Assembly (NCBI GenBank): GCA_964520205.1
Contig: CAZFOA010000004.1
Location: 1-38,739, forward strand
Direction: 5' to 3'
Origin: an uncultured Verrucomicrobiota bacterium
GTDB taxonomy: Bacteria; Verrucomicrobiota; Verrucomicrobiia; Limisphaerales; BOG-1460
DNA length: 38,739 nt
Position numbers and translations under genes: made by a program. Positions 24,868 through 35,153 of the stretch are shown here, piece after piece. Below the pieces are notes generated by a model, which saw only the letters and a program-made list of their open reading frames with translations, did not search any database and was not told the origin of the DNA. How positions within the stretch are numbered: position 1 is the first letter of the stretch; every line of letters starts with the position of its first letter.

Positions 24868-26016
24868 ATGAGCGAGTTGGCGACATCTATAAAACCCGCT
24901 GAATTATTGCAATCTGCGACCGTCGCGGAGAACGCGCCGGTTCCAGCCGGTTCACCTTCACCGGTGAACATGCAATGCGCTGGTGCCTCCGAAAACCCAG
25001 GCCGGGCTCCCTTTCAAGGGGCTTTCAAGATTGCGCTCTTCTTCTTCATCGTGGCCCTGCTGGCCTTTGCCTTGAATCTCGCCATCAACCACGGACTGCG
25101 CAGCATCAAGACGTCAAAGTTCGGCGCCTTCAACCAGGTCATGTCGGGCCGCGTCAACGCCGACATCGTCATCAGCGGCTCGTCCCGGGCGTTGTGCCAC
25201 TATGATCCGCGGACCCTCCAGAAGATGACCGGACAAAGCGCCTTCAACCTGGGGATGAACTCCTCGCAGATCGACGTTCAACTGGCGGTGCTGAAAACCT
25301 ACCTGAAGCACAATGCCGCCCCCAAGCTCGTGATCCAAAATCTCGATTTGTTTACTTTCGTTACCACGCGAAAAGGCGAGATTTACGATCCCGGCCACTT
25401 TTTGCCTTACCTGTATGAAGCGGAGCTCTACGAGGCTCTGGTGCGGATTGATTCGGAGGTATGGAAATGGAAACACATTCCCCTTTACGGTTACGCGGTG
25501 GCGGACATGCGATACACCTCCATTTCCGGCTTGCTCGGGTGCCTGGGTATCTCCGGCCGCGAAGATTACTTTCTCGGATTCAATCCCCGGAACGAAAAGT
25601 GGAGCCGGGATTTTGAGAATTTCCGGGCCAGCAATCCCGACGGCGTCAACTTCCCGGTCGAACCGGAGGGCGTCCGCGCATTGGAAGCGCTGATTCGAAC
25701 CTGTCGCGAGAAAGGCATTCAAGTGATCCTGGTTTACTCGCCGGAGTATTATGAGATGCAAAAGTTGGAGCTGAACCGGGAAAAGATTATCGGCATGTTT
25801 CAGGAAATCTCGAAACGATTTGACGTGCCCTTTTGGGATTACAGCGCTTCGCCCCTGTGCCGGCAAGAGCAACTGTTCCACAATTCCCAGCATCTCAACG
25901 CGGATGGCGCCGCCCTGTTTTCCGCGGATTTCGCCTCGCGCCTGGCCGGCTACAACCCGACCACGGCGCTCAGAAATTCCGGAGCGGAGCATGAAAAAAG
26001 ACCACTCCCACACTGA
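24868..26016 (+). CDS. SGNH/DltD/AlgJ-like partner of the MBOAT (single N-terminal TM)
   Basis: The start is trimmed to MSELATS. The TM helix is IALFFFIVALLAFALNLAI. The block-I-like motif is ADIVISGSSRAL and the block-V-like motif is HNSQHLNADGAALF. Its position directly after the MBOAT gene supports the call. Confidence 0.6.
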   Translation: MSELATSIKPAELLQSATVAENAPVPAGSPSPVNMQCAGASENPGRAPFQGAFKIALFFFIVALLAFALNLAINHGLRSIKTSKFGAFNQVMSGRVNADIVISGSSRALCHYDPRTLQKMTGQSAFNLGMNSSQIDVQLAVLKTYLKHNAAPKLVIQNLDLFTFVTTRKGEIYDPGHFLPYLYEAELYEALVRIDSEVWKWKHIPLYGYAVADMRYTSISGLLGCLGISGREDYFLGFNPRNEKWSRDFENFRASNPDGVNFPVEPEGVRALEALIRTCREKGIQVILVYSPEYYEMQKLELNREKIIGMFQEISKRFDVPFWDYSASPLCRQEQLFHNSQHLNADGAALFSADFASRLAGYNPTTALRNSGAEHEKRPLPH

Positions 26017-26142
26017 GCATCCCCTCCTCGGGCGTGCTGGCGTCGCCGATCTCTGGGTTCGTGTTAACTTCGATTTTGCCGCCTGATGATCTTGTCGCAT
26101 TTTAGGCTGGTCACGATTAAATCTGGACAGGCTGGCGCCGCG

Positions 26143-26165
26143 CAGAAACAGAATTCAGAAACAGA
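26143..26165 (+). promoter_or_regulatory. Perfect 10-bp direct repeat, CAGAAACAGA twice, 3-bp spacer
   Basis: The copies lie at 26143-26152 and 26156-26165, about 180-200 bp upstream of the beta-helix gene. This is a candidate transcription-factor site. I saw no other copy in the window by eye. Confidence 0.25.
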
Positions 26166-26268
26166 TTCACGTCTTTATCGCGAACGATGGAGTTTGCCGG
26201 GCAGTTCCGGGATTTCCAGCAGCCGATTGCGACGCGTTGCGCCCGCCAAAAACCCGACAGCCACACCG

Positions 26269-26287
26269 GCACGCAGCGTGCTTTTTT
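26269..26287 (+). terminator. Weak terminator-like hairpin in the spacer
   Basis: The hairpin is GCACG-cag-CGTGC followed by TTTTTT. The stem is only 5 bp, and it lies about 250 nt after the SGNH-like stop codon. Confidence 0.3.
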
Positions 26288-26345
26288 ACGGATCCGCTAT
26301 GCGGTGGAATTTGACGGATGTCCTTAACGGAACTATCGTTCCAAC

Positions 26346-28088
26346 ATGTTTATACCCCCCATGAAACATACTTACCTTTTTGCGCAGCGTTTGGGTGTGT
26401 TTCTGGCCTCTCTCATACTGTTGATTCACACCGATCCTGCGTCGGGCGTCATCATTCCACCGGCTCGGACGGTGGCCTGGTCCTATAGTACAGTGGGCGT
26501 GCCGGGTGGCATTCCCAATCGGACAACGATTTACCAGACGCTGAATTCCGGCGCCAGTTCCAGCCAGATCAACACGGCGATTGCCAATTGCCCGTCCGGA
26601 CAGGTGGTTTTGCTCGGACCGGGAACCTACTCGGGCGGCATCAATTTTGGACTCAAGAACAATGTTACGCTGCGCGGCAGCGGCACCAACACGGTGCTGA
26701 CCGGAACGATCACCATGGGTTCGGGCGGTTGGTACTCGGGAAACAGCCCTCCCTTCTGGGACTCCGGAACCACCATCACGGCGGGTCTGACCCAAGGCAG
26801 TTCCAATCTCACGGTCTCGTCCACTTCCACCCTCGGCGTGGGCTGGCTGGCGTTGATTGACGAGAAGAACGACACCACCGCGGTCTTTGATGCGGACGGA
26901 AATCATCCGCGTGCGTTGGCGCAGTGCGTGCACATCCAAAGCATCAGCGGCAACGTCGTCACCATCTGGCCGCCGCTCGTCACCACCTTCAGCACGAGCC
27001 TTGATGCCCGCATTAAAGCGCAGGGCGGCATGCAGATCACCGGCGACGGTGTGGAAAATCTGCAGATGCAAGGCGATGGAAGCGCCATCGGATTTTCAAT
27101 AAATAACGGCTACGGTTGTTGGGCTTACAATGTCGGCATGCACAACATGGCCAATTATGATCTGGAACTCATTTGTTGCTGCGCCTGCACCGTATCGCAT
27201 TGCTACCTGTTCGACTCGCCCAGCCACGCCTCCAACCATTACGGAGTGGGATTGCAGCAAAACTGCGGGGGCTGCCTGATTGAAAACAACATCATCTACC
27301 GGATTGGTCCGTCCATTGAAATCAACAACGGATCTTCCTACAACGTCATTGCGTATAATTTCCTCTACGATTCGTGGATCAACGGGGTTCAAGACATGGA
27401 TCTGGATATGAACCATACGCCCCACAACGTGATGAATCTGGTTGAAGGCAATTACATCGGCGTGATCGAAGACGATGGTTACTTCGGGTCCACTGCGATG
27501 AACACACTCTTCCGCAACGTGGTGACCGGAGTCGGTCCGGAATACCACGACAGCCCTTCTTGCATCAGCCTGAAGCGCTGGTCCCGAAATTACAATGTGG
27601 TCGGCAATATCCTCGGCACCAATGGCGTCGCGTCCGTTTACGAACTCACCGCGAGCGGACAGGCCGGGCAGTCGATCTATCAACTGGGGTATCCCAATAT
27701 TGGAAATATCGGTTACAATGGATCGGCTCCCCCGAATGCCTGGAACAATCCGGGGTCGAGTCCCGGCGATAATCAATGGCGCGACCTGGCGGTCGGCACG
27801 ACCATCATCCGCCACGGAAACTACGACACGGTCAATAAATCGATCGTTTGGGACAGCACCATCTCCGATCATTCCATTCCCAATTCCTATTATCTGACCT
27901 CCAAGCCTGCCTGGTTCGGCAGTCTGACGTGGCCTCCTTATGATGTGACCAAGCCGACGGCGACAGGCCTCGCAAACCTGCCGGCCGGCTATCGCTTCAT
28001 TTATGGCGTTGATCCCTCCGGAACGGGAGGGACGCCGCCGCCGCCGGTTTCGGGATTTCATTTTGTTGCGACTACGAATTCCCCGTAG
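26346..28088 (+). CDS. Secreted right-handed parallel beta-helix protein (pectate-lyase-fold; candidate glycan lyase, depolymerase or epimerase)
   Basis: The signal peptide is MKHTYLFAQRLGVFLASLILLIHTDPASG. The N-terminal module reads INTAIANCPSGQVVLLGPGTYSGGINF...NNVTLRGSG. Repetitive Asn/Gly-rich rungs (IENNIIY, YNVIAYNF) follow. An alternative start is at 26361. Confidence 0.8.
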   Translation: MFIPPMKHTYLFAQRLGVFLASLILLIHTDPASGVIIPPARTVAWSYSTVGVPGGIPNRTTIYQTLNSGASSSQINTAIANCPSGQVVLLGPGTYSGGINFGLKNNVTLRGSGTNTVLTGTITMGSGGWYSGNSPPFWDSGTTITAGLTQGSSNLTVSSTSTLGVGWLALIDEKNDTTAVFDADGNHPRALAQCVHIQSISGNVVTIWPPLVTTFSTSLDARIKAQGGMQITGDGVENLQMQGDGSAIGFSINNGYGCWAYNVGMHNMANYDLELICCCACTVSHCYLFDSPSHASNHYGVGLQQNCGGCLIENNIIYRIGPSIEINNGSSYNVIAYNFLYDSWINGVQDMDLDMNHTPHNVMNLVEGNYIGVIEDDGYFGSTAMNTLFRNVVTGVGPEYHDSPSCISLKRWSRNYNVVGNILGTNGVASVYELTASGQAGQSIYQLGYPNIGNIGYNGSAPPNAWNNPGSSPGDNQWRDLAVGTTIIRHGNYDTVNKSIVWDSTISDHSIPNSYYLTSKPAWFGSLTWPPYDVTKPTATGLANLPAGYRFIYGVDPSGTGGTPPPPVSGFHFVATTNSP

Positions 28089-28326
28089 GGACCATAGCCG
28101 TCCCAGGAATCCATGCGAATTTAAAGTGTCCGGGTTTCATCCCGGAAACTGACAGTCGGTTCCAATTTAGCTCTGCTAACCAAGCCTGCGGTTTAACGCG
28201 TTTCATTTCAGGCGAATAACCGAACCCTGACGGTCGCGCCGCGGAAATAGTCTTGGAGCGCAAACCGCCTCCAACCGCCAGCCAAAAACTTGCCGCCGAT
28301 TGGCGGATCCTTCAGCCGCACGATCT

Positions 28327-29298
28327 ATGTGCCAATTTACCGTCGTCATCCCGACTTACAACCGGAGCCGGCTGCTCGATCGCGCCATCGCAAGTGCGCT
28401 CGGTCAATCCTTGCGACCCGGCCAGGTGATCGTCGTTGACGACGGCTCGAGCGACGACACCGCGGAAGTCTGCCGGAAGCACGGGGAAGCCATCCAGTAT
28501 GTGTTTCAGCCGAATGCAGGCGTCGCCGCCGCGAGGAACCACGGCGCCCGACTGGCGCGCCATCCCTGGACGGCCTTCCTGGATTCCGACGATTACTGGG
28601 TCCCGACGCATCTGGAAAAGATCGCCGCCGCCATCAAGAGCACCTCCGGCCGGGCTCGCTTTTATTTTGCAGACATGCAGATTTCAAACGGGGCGGCGGA
28701 CTACACGCTATGGGCCAGGACCGGGTTCAAGCTTGAGGCCCCGTTCCGACTGGCGGAAGACGGGACGGATTGGATGCTCCTGCAGCGTGAACCCTGTTCG
28801 GTCCAATGCAGCGTATTCAACACGGAAACACTGCTGGCCTCGGGTGGTTTTGACGTTCGCTTCCGCGTTTCGGAGGATCGGGATTTATTCTACCGGCTGG
28901 GGATCGGCGGCCCCATCTGCGCGGTGAACACCGTCGGCTGTGTGCAGACTTCGGATGCGCGGCAGGAAAATCGGCTGACCGGAATCATGGACACCCGTTC
29001 CGAGGGCTTTTGGAAACTCGAATGCCTGCTTTGGGCGGGTTTGATGTCTCGCTTTTCAAACCTTGGGCCGTCCCATCGGCGAGTCATGCGCTGCTACCTG
29101 GCCATCGCCCATTGGCGGCTGGCACGACTCTATTGGCGCTCAGGCCGGATTGCCTCAAGCCTCATCCATCTGCTGCAATCACTAAAAACCGAGCCCGTGT
29201 TCGTCCTGGGCTTTTTCCGGCGAGGCACTTCCGCCGGATGGGAAAAGACCGCTCCTTCGGCGGAACCATTGCCCGGGAAAATCCTGTCGCCCTCGTGA
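28327..29298 (+). CDS. GT2-family glycosyltransferase
   Basis: The GT-A signatures are FTVVIPTYNRSRLLDRAIASALGQS, VVDDGSSDDT and the DxD motif FLDSDDYW. The start is ATG at 28327, with an alternative TTG at 28300. Confidence 0.85.
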   Translation: MCQFTVVIPTYNRSRLLDRAIASALGQSLRPGQVIVVDDGSSDDTAEVCRKHGEAIQYVFQPNAGVAAARNHGARLARHPWTAFLDSDDYWVPTHLEKIAAAIKSTSGRARFYFADMQISNGAADYTLWARTGFKLEAPFRLAEDGTDWMLLQREPCSVQCSVFNTETLLASGGFDVRFRVSEDRDLFYRLGIGGPICAVNTVGCVQTSDARQENRLTGIMDTRSEGFWKLECLLWAGLMSRFSNLGPSHRRVMRCYLAIAHWRLARLYWRSGRIASSLIHLLQSLKTEPVFVLGFFRRGTSAGWEKTAPSAEPLPGKILSPS

Positions 29299-29425
29299 AT
29301 CACGCCGCGCGTGCCAGGAGGCCGGCTGCCTTTCGCACGGCCAGGGTTCGAAGGACCCGTCCGATGATCTTTGATTCCTCAAATCGAATTCTGAATCCTC
29401 CCGCGCGCGGCGAAATCCTGGAAAC

Positions 29426-30592
29426 ATGATTGGTCATCACAAAAAGATCGCGTTCGTCAGCACCATGAGCGGCTGCCCGTGGGGCGGATGCGAAGTTTTG
29501 TGGAGTGAAACCGCGTTGCGGCTGGCGCAGGAAGGGCACGCCGTCGCCGCCAGCGTGCAGGGCTGGTCCCCGCGCCCCAAACAATGGTCCGCGTTGAGCC
29601 GGGCCGGCGTGGAAATCGACGAGCGTTTGTTCACGCGGATTCGGCTGCGTTCCCGGGCGGCACGAGCTCTTTTTCAACCCCTGCTTCGCATCGCCTCGCA
29701 GCGCGCGTTCACCCGGTGGGTGGCCCGGCAGAAGGCCGATCTCACCTGTATCTCCAGCGGGTGGATCATTGACGATCTGGGCCTGATGAATCTGTGTTTG
29801 CGCTCGGGCAGACCCTACGCTGTGATCGTCCACGCCAACGCCGAGCAATGGTGGCCGCCGGACAAGCACGCTCCGCTGCTCATCGATATTTACCGGTCGG
29901 CGCGGCGCGTCTTTTTTGTGTCGGAACGCAACCGCCGGCTGCTGGAAACTCAATTAGGCATTGAACTGGCGCACGCCGAGGTGGTTCGGAACCCATGCAA
30001 TGTGCGCCGGAATGCTTCGCCAGCGTGGCCTGCGGAAAACGGATCGGTGCGGCTCGCGTGTGTCGGCAGGCTCGAACCGGAGGCCAAGGGTCAGGACCTC
30101 CTGTTGCAGGTACTCGCCTCCGAACCCTGGCGCTCGCGCCCTGTCTCCGTCTCATTCTTCGGCAAAGGCGATTGTGAGGAAGGACTGCGCCGGCTGGCTG
30201 ATCGGCTGGGCTTGGGCGAGCGCGTGCGGTTTTGCGGACAATCGGATGATGTGGAAAGCATCTGGGCGACCCACCATGCCCTCGTCCTGCCATCGCGCTA
30301 TGAAGGGCTTCCGCTCACCGTGGTCGAGGCGATGCTTTGCGGCCGGCCCGTCATCGTCACAAATGTGGCCGGCAACAATGAAGTCGTGCAGGCCGATGTC
30401 ACGGGTTTTCTCGCGGAAGCGCCCACGGTGGAACACTTGAATTCGGCGATGGAACGCGCCTGGAACCAGCGTCACCAGTGGGAAGCCATGGGCCAGGCCG
30501 CCGCCCGGGCGATCCGCGAACTTATGCCGGCCGACCCGGCCGGCGATTTCGCCCGAAAACTGTTGGATTTGGCCGGCGACAACCGCCCTTGA
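29426..30592 (+). CDS. GT4-family glycosyltransferase (tandem paralog 1)
   Basis: The N-terminus reads KKIAFVSTMSGCPWGGCEVLW. The EX7E motif lies in SRYEGLPLTVVEAMLCGRPVIVT. Confidence 0.85.
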   Translation: MIGHHKKIAFVSTMSGCPWGGCEVLWSETALRLAQEGHAVAASVQGWSPRPKQWSALSRAGVEIDERLFTRIRLRSRAARALFQPLLRIASQRAFTRWVARQKADLTCISSGWIIDDLGLMNLCLRSGRPYAVIVHANAEQWWPPDKHAPLLIDIYRSARRVFFVSERNRRLLETQLGIELAHAEVVRNPCNVRRNASPAWPAENGSVRLACVGRLEPEAKGQDLLLQVLASEPWRSRPVSVSFFGKGDCEEGLRRLADRLGLGERVRFCGQSDDVESIWATHHALVLPSRYEGLPLTVVEAMLCGRPVIVTNVAGNNEVVQADVTGFLAEAPTVEHLNSAMERAWNQRHQWEAMGQAAARAIRELMPADPAGDFARKLLDLAGDNRP

Positions 30593-30628
30593 GAAATTGA
30601 CCGGAAGACCGCGAGACCGCTTCACCAG

Positions 30629-31804
30629 ATGAACCGCGACACCCAACGAAAGATCGTATTCGTCAGCACCATGAACATGGCTTCCTGGGGTGGCTCCGAA
30701 GTCCTCTGGAGCGATGCCGCCTCGCGCCTGCTGAAGTCCGGCCAGGCAGTCTCCGCCAGTGTCTGCCGGTGGCGGGAACGCGCGCCGCAACTCTCCCGGC
30801 TGATCCAGGAAGGAATGCAGCTCAACGAGCGCTGGTTCCCCACGGTTCAAATCCGTCCCCGATTGTTTCGAGGCATCCTCACGCCCGTGATTCGTCGCGC
30901 GTCGCGAGCCGCGTTCACCCGCTGGATCAGCGGTCAACGGCCGGATGTCATCTGCATTTCCCACGGCAGCGTTGCCGAGGACCTGTCCTTGATCAAAGAG
31001 TGTTCGCGAAGCGGTTACCCCTACGTCGTCCTCGTCCATGCCAATGCGGATTGGATGTGGCCGAATGACCTGCGCGGCCAGGAATTTGTCGACCTTTATG
31101 GCAATGCCCGGCGCGTTTATTTCGTGTCGGAAGGGAACCGGGTGCTTTTGGAAACGCAGCTCGGCATTGAGTTCACGAACGCCGAAGTGGTTCGCAATCC
31201 ATTCAATGTGCGCCGGGACGCCGCGCCGCCCTGGCCTGCCGCGCCGGATCCGGTGCGGCTGGCTTGTGTCGGCCGCCTTGAACCCATGGCAAAAGGGCAG
31301 GACCTCCTCCTGCGCGTGCTGGCCCGGGAGCCGTGGCGATCGCGGTCCTTGACGGTTTCGTTCTTTGGCAAGGGGGAAAGCGAGGAAGGCCTGCGCCGAC
31401 TGGCCAGCAGGCTGAAACTGGATGGCCGCGTGCAATTCTGCGGACACATCAACGACATTGAAAGCGTGTGGGCCACGCACCATGCCCTGGTGCTCCCTTC
31501 GCGATTCGAGGGGCTCCCGATCACCACAGTCGAAGCGATGCATTGCGGCCGGCCGGTCATCGTGACCGACGTTGCCGGGAACAGCGAGATCGTCCAGGAT
31601 GGTGTCACGGGATTCATTGCGGAGGCCGCCACCGAACGCCATCTCGATGCCGCGTTGGAGCGGGCCTGGGAACAACGGCACAACTGGGAAACCATGGGCA
31701 AAGCTGCCGCCAAAGCCATCCGCGAACTGGTGCCGGCCGATCCGGCCGCCGATTTCGCGCAAAAATTGATGGCGGCCGCAAGCGAAGGCCATTCCACCCG
31801 CTGA
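30629..31804 (+). CDS. GT4-family glycosyltransferase (tandem paralog 2)
   Basis: The N-terminus reads RKIVFVSTMNMASWGGSEVLW. The EX7E motif lies in SRFEGLPITTVEAMHCGRPVIVT. It is collinear with the upstream gene over its full length, at roughly 60% amino-acid identity by eye. Confidence 0.85.
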   Translation: MNRDTQRKIVFVSTMNMASWGGSEVLWSDAASRLLKSGQAVSASVCRWRERAPQLSRLIQEGMQLNERWFPTVQIRPRLFRGILTPVIRRASRAAFTRWISGQRPDVICISHGSVAEDLSLIKECSRSGYPYVVLVHANADWMWPNDLRGQEFVDLYGNARRVYFVSEGNRVLLETQLGIEFTNAEVVRNPFNVRRDAAPPWPAAPDPVRLACVGRLEPMAKGQDLLLRVLAREPWRSRSLTVSFFGKGESEEGLRRLASRLKLDGRVQFCGHINDIESVWATHHALVLPSRFEGLPITTVEAMHCGRPVIVTDVAGNSEIVQDGVTGFIAEAATERHLDAALERAWEQRHNWETMGKAAAKAIRELVPADPAADFAQKLMAAASEGHSTR

Positions 31805-31830
31805 CCCTCGGAAACGCGATTGTCCAAACT

Positions 31831-32658
31831 ATGAATGAACTGACCATTGAAGCCGGCAAAACGGAACGCCAATACTGGCGCGATCTCTGGAAATACCGCG
31901 AGCTTTTCTACTTTCTGGCCTGGCGCGACATGCTCGTGCGTTACAAACAGACCGTGGTCGGCGTGGCGTGGTCGGTCATCCGCCCGCTGCTGATGCTGAT
32001 TGTGCTGACGGTCGTGTTCGGCAAGATCGGCAAGCTGCCGTCCGGCGGCGTCCCCTACCCGCTCCTCGTTTTCAGCGGCATGCTTCCGTGGCTGTTCTTC
32101 TCCACGGCGCTCACGGAATGCGGCAACAGCCTGGTCAGCAATTCCAACCTGATTTCAAAAATCTATTTCCCAAGATTGGTCGTGCCGGCGAGCAGCGTGA
32201 TTGTCAGCCTGGTGGACTTCCTCATCTCCGCGTTGATCCTGGTGATCTTGTTGTTCTGGTACCGGTTCATACCTTCGACCAACGCCGTGTTTCTGCCACT
32301 ATTCGTGATTCTGGCCTTCGGCGCCTCTTTCGGAGTGGGGTTGTGGATCGCCGCCTTGATGGTCGAGTACCGCGACTTTCGATTCATTGTCCCCTTCGTC
32401 GTGCAGATCGGGATGTATATCTCGCCGGTGGGCTTTCTAAGCAGCTTGGTGGCCGAGCGGTACGCGCGGTACCAATGGCTCTATTCCATGAATCCCATGG
32501 TGGGGGTCATCGACGGGTTCCGCTGGTGCATCCTGGGCGGAGAACAAGCCCTGTATTGGCCGGCGCTGGCGCTGGCGGTGGGCTGGGTGGTGGTGCTCAC
32601 GTTTTCTGGAATCTGGTATTTCCGCCGCACCGAGCGCACCTTTGCCGACGTCATTTGA
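31831..32658 (+). CDS. wzm: ABC-2 type polysaccharide export permease (Wzm/KpsM/TagG-like)
   Basis: The start is trimmed to MNELTIEAGKTERQYWRDLW. The family N-terminus YRELFYFLAWRDMLVRYKQTVVGVAWSVIRPLL is present. There are six hydrophobic segments. Confidence 0.9.
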   Translation: MNELTIEAGKTERQYWRDLWKYRELFYFLAWRDMLVRYKQTVVGVAWSVIRPLLMLIVLTVVFGKIGKLPSGGVPYPLLVFSGMLPWLFFSTALTECGNSLVSNSNLISKIYFPRLVVPASSVIVSLVDFLISALILVILLFWYRFIPSTNAVFLPLFVILAFGASFGVGLWIAALMVEYRDFRFIVPFVVQIGMYISPVGFLSSLVAERYARYQWLYSMNPMVGVIDGFRWCILGGEQALYWPALALAVGWVVVLTFSGIWYFRRTERTFADVI

Positions 32659-32705
32659 GAGCCCGCAAAAGCATTTTCGCCTCACCATCCCCTTCCCTTA
32701 TTGCC

Positions 32706-34000
<1,295 letters not shown>

Positions 34001-34004
<4 letters not shown>

Positions 34005-35116
34005 GCGATCCTTTGGTCAGCTTTGTCGTTCCCTGCTTCAAGCTCGCGCATCTGCTTCCGGAATGCGTCAACTCGATCCTTTCCCAGACCTGCCGCGACT
34101 TTGAGATTCTTATCCTGGACGACTGCTCGCCGGACAACACGGCGGAAGTGGCCCGGTCGTTCAAGGATCCGCGCGTGACCCACATTCGCAACGACCCCAA
34201 CCTGGGATCCCTCCGCAATTACAACAAAGGCATCGGCCTCGCCCGCGGCAAGTATGTCTGGCTGATTTCCGCGGATGACTATTTGCGCCGCCCCTATGTG
34301 TTGCAGCGGTCGGTGGAGCTCCTGGAAAGTCATCCGCGCGTCGGCTACACCTTTTGTTCCGGTGTCGGCGTCCGGAACGGGCGCGAAACCGAAACCCTGG
34401 CGTATGCGACCTACGGCGATCGCGATCAGGTCGTTCATGGCCATGCATTCGTGGAAAAACTTCTCGACCATAACATCGTGCTGGCCGCCTCCGGACTGGC
34501 TCGCCGGGAATGCTACGAAAAGATCAGCCTTTTCCCTTTGGACATGCCCTGGGCCGGCGACTGGTATCTTTGGAGTGTCTTCGCGCTGTTTTGGGATGTG
34601 GGATACCTGGCCGAACCCATGATTTGTTACCGTGAGCATGAACTGAGCATGACCACCCAACTGCAGCAGTTTGTTGAAAGCCGGCTGGAGGAAGACCTGG
34701 CCGTGCGCTGGCGCGTGGGGCATAAGGCCGAGGCAGCCGGATTCCGGCGAATGGCCCGAGCCTGCCTCGAAGCTGTCGCCAAAGATTATGCCCGCTTTGC
34801 CAAATGCAAGCTGTTCGACTGGGCGCCTTCGCATATGACCTTGGAGAAGTTCGAGGAATCGCTCCAGCGTAACACGACCCAGGAAGCGGACCGGGCCTGG
34901 ATCCGGGCTTGGGTCTTCATGGACCTGGGCGATGCCTACGGCTCGCTCGGAGACTCCAATCTGGCGAGGGAATTTTATCGGCGCAGCCACGAGAACAATC
35001 CGTGGATGGCAAAATTAGCCGCCAAAAGGCTGCTCCTGGCGCTGGGACGGCCCGGCGATTCTCTCCGCAGGATGCTGCGTTCGGCACGCGGAACCAACGC
35101 GGCCCCGCGCAGGTAA
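34001..35116 (+). CDS. GT2-family glycosyltransferase with C-terminal helical (TPR-like) region
   Basis: An ATGA overlap links it to wzt. The GT-A signatures are VSFVVPCFKLAHLLPECVNSILSQT, ILILDDCSPDNT and ISADDY. The C-terminal part, DLGDAYGSLGDSNLAREFYRRSHENNPWMAKL, looks like a TPR. Confidence 0.85.
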
Positions 35117-35153
35117 GCTGACACATCGATTGACAATTCGCAGGAGGTTTGAA

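Noticed and set aside
26143-26165. The short tandem direct repeat, considered as a CRISPR or tandem-repeat array.
   Set aside because: There are only two 10-bp copies with a 3-bp spacer. There are no further repeats, spacers or cas genes. I treat it as a possible protein-binding site instead.
29388-29410. A stretch (TTCTGAATCCTCCCGCGCGCGG) loosely resembling the 3' end of the tRNA (TTCAATTCCTCCCGCCGGC). It could be an att-site remnant bracketing 16.5-29.4 kb as an island.
   Set aside because: The similarity is approximate and includes an indel. No integrase, excisionase or mobility gene lies between the sites. The enclosed genes are functionally continuous with the flanks, so this is probably chance in GC-rich DNA.
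35130-35135. A perfect TTGACA hexamer upstream of the giant protein gene, as a possible promoter -35 box.
   Set aside because: It lies only 19 nt before the GTG start and 7 nt before the RBS. That leaves no room for a -10 box and a transcription start site, so it is likely fortuitous.
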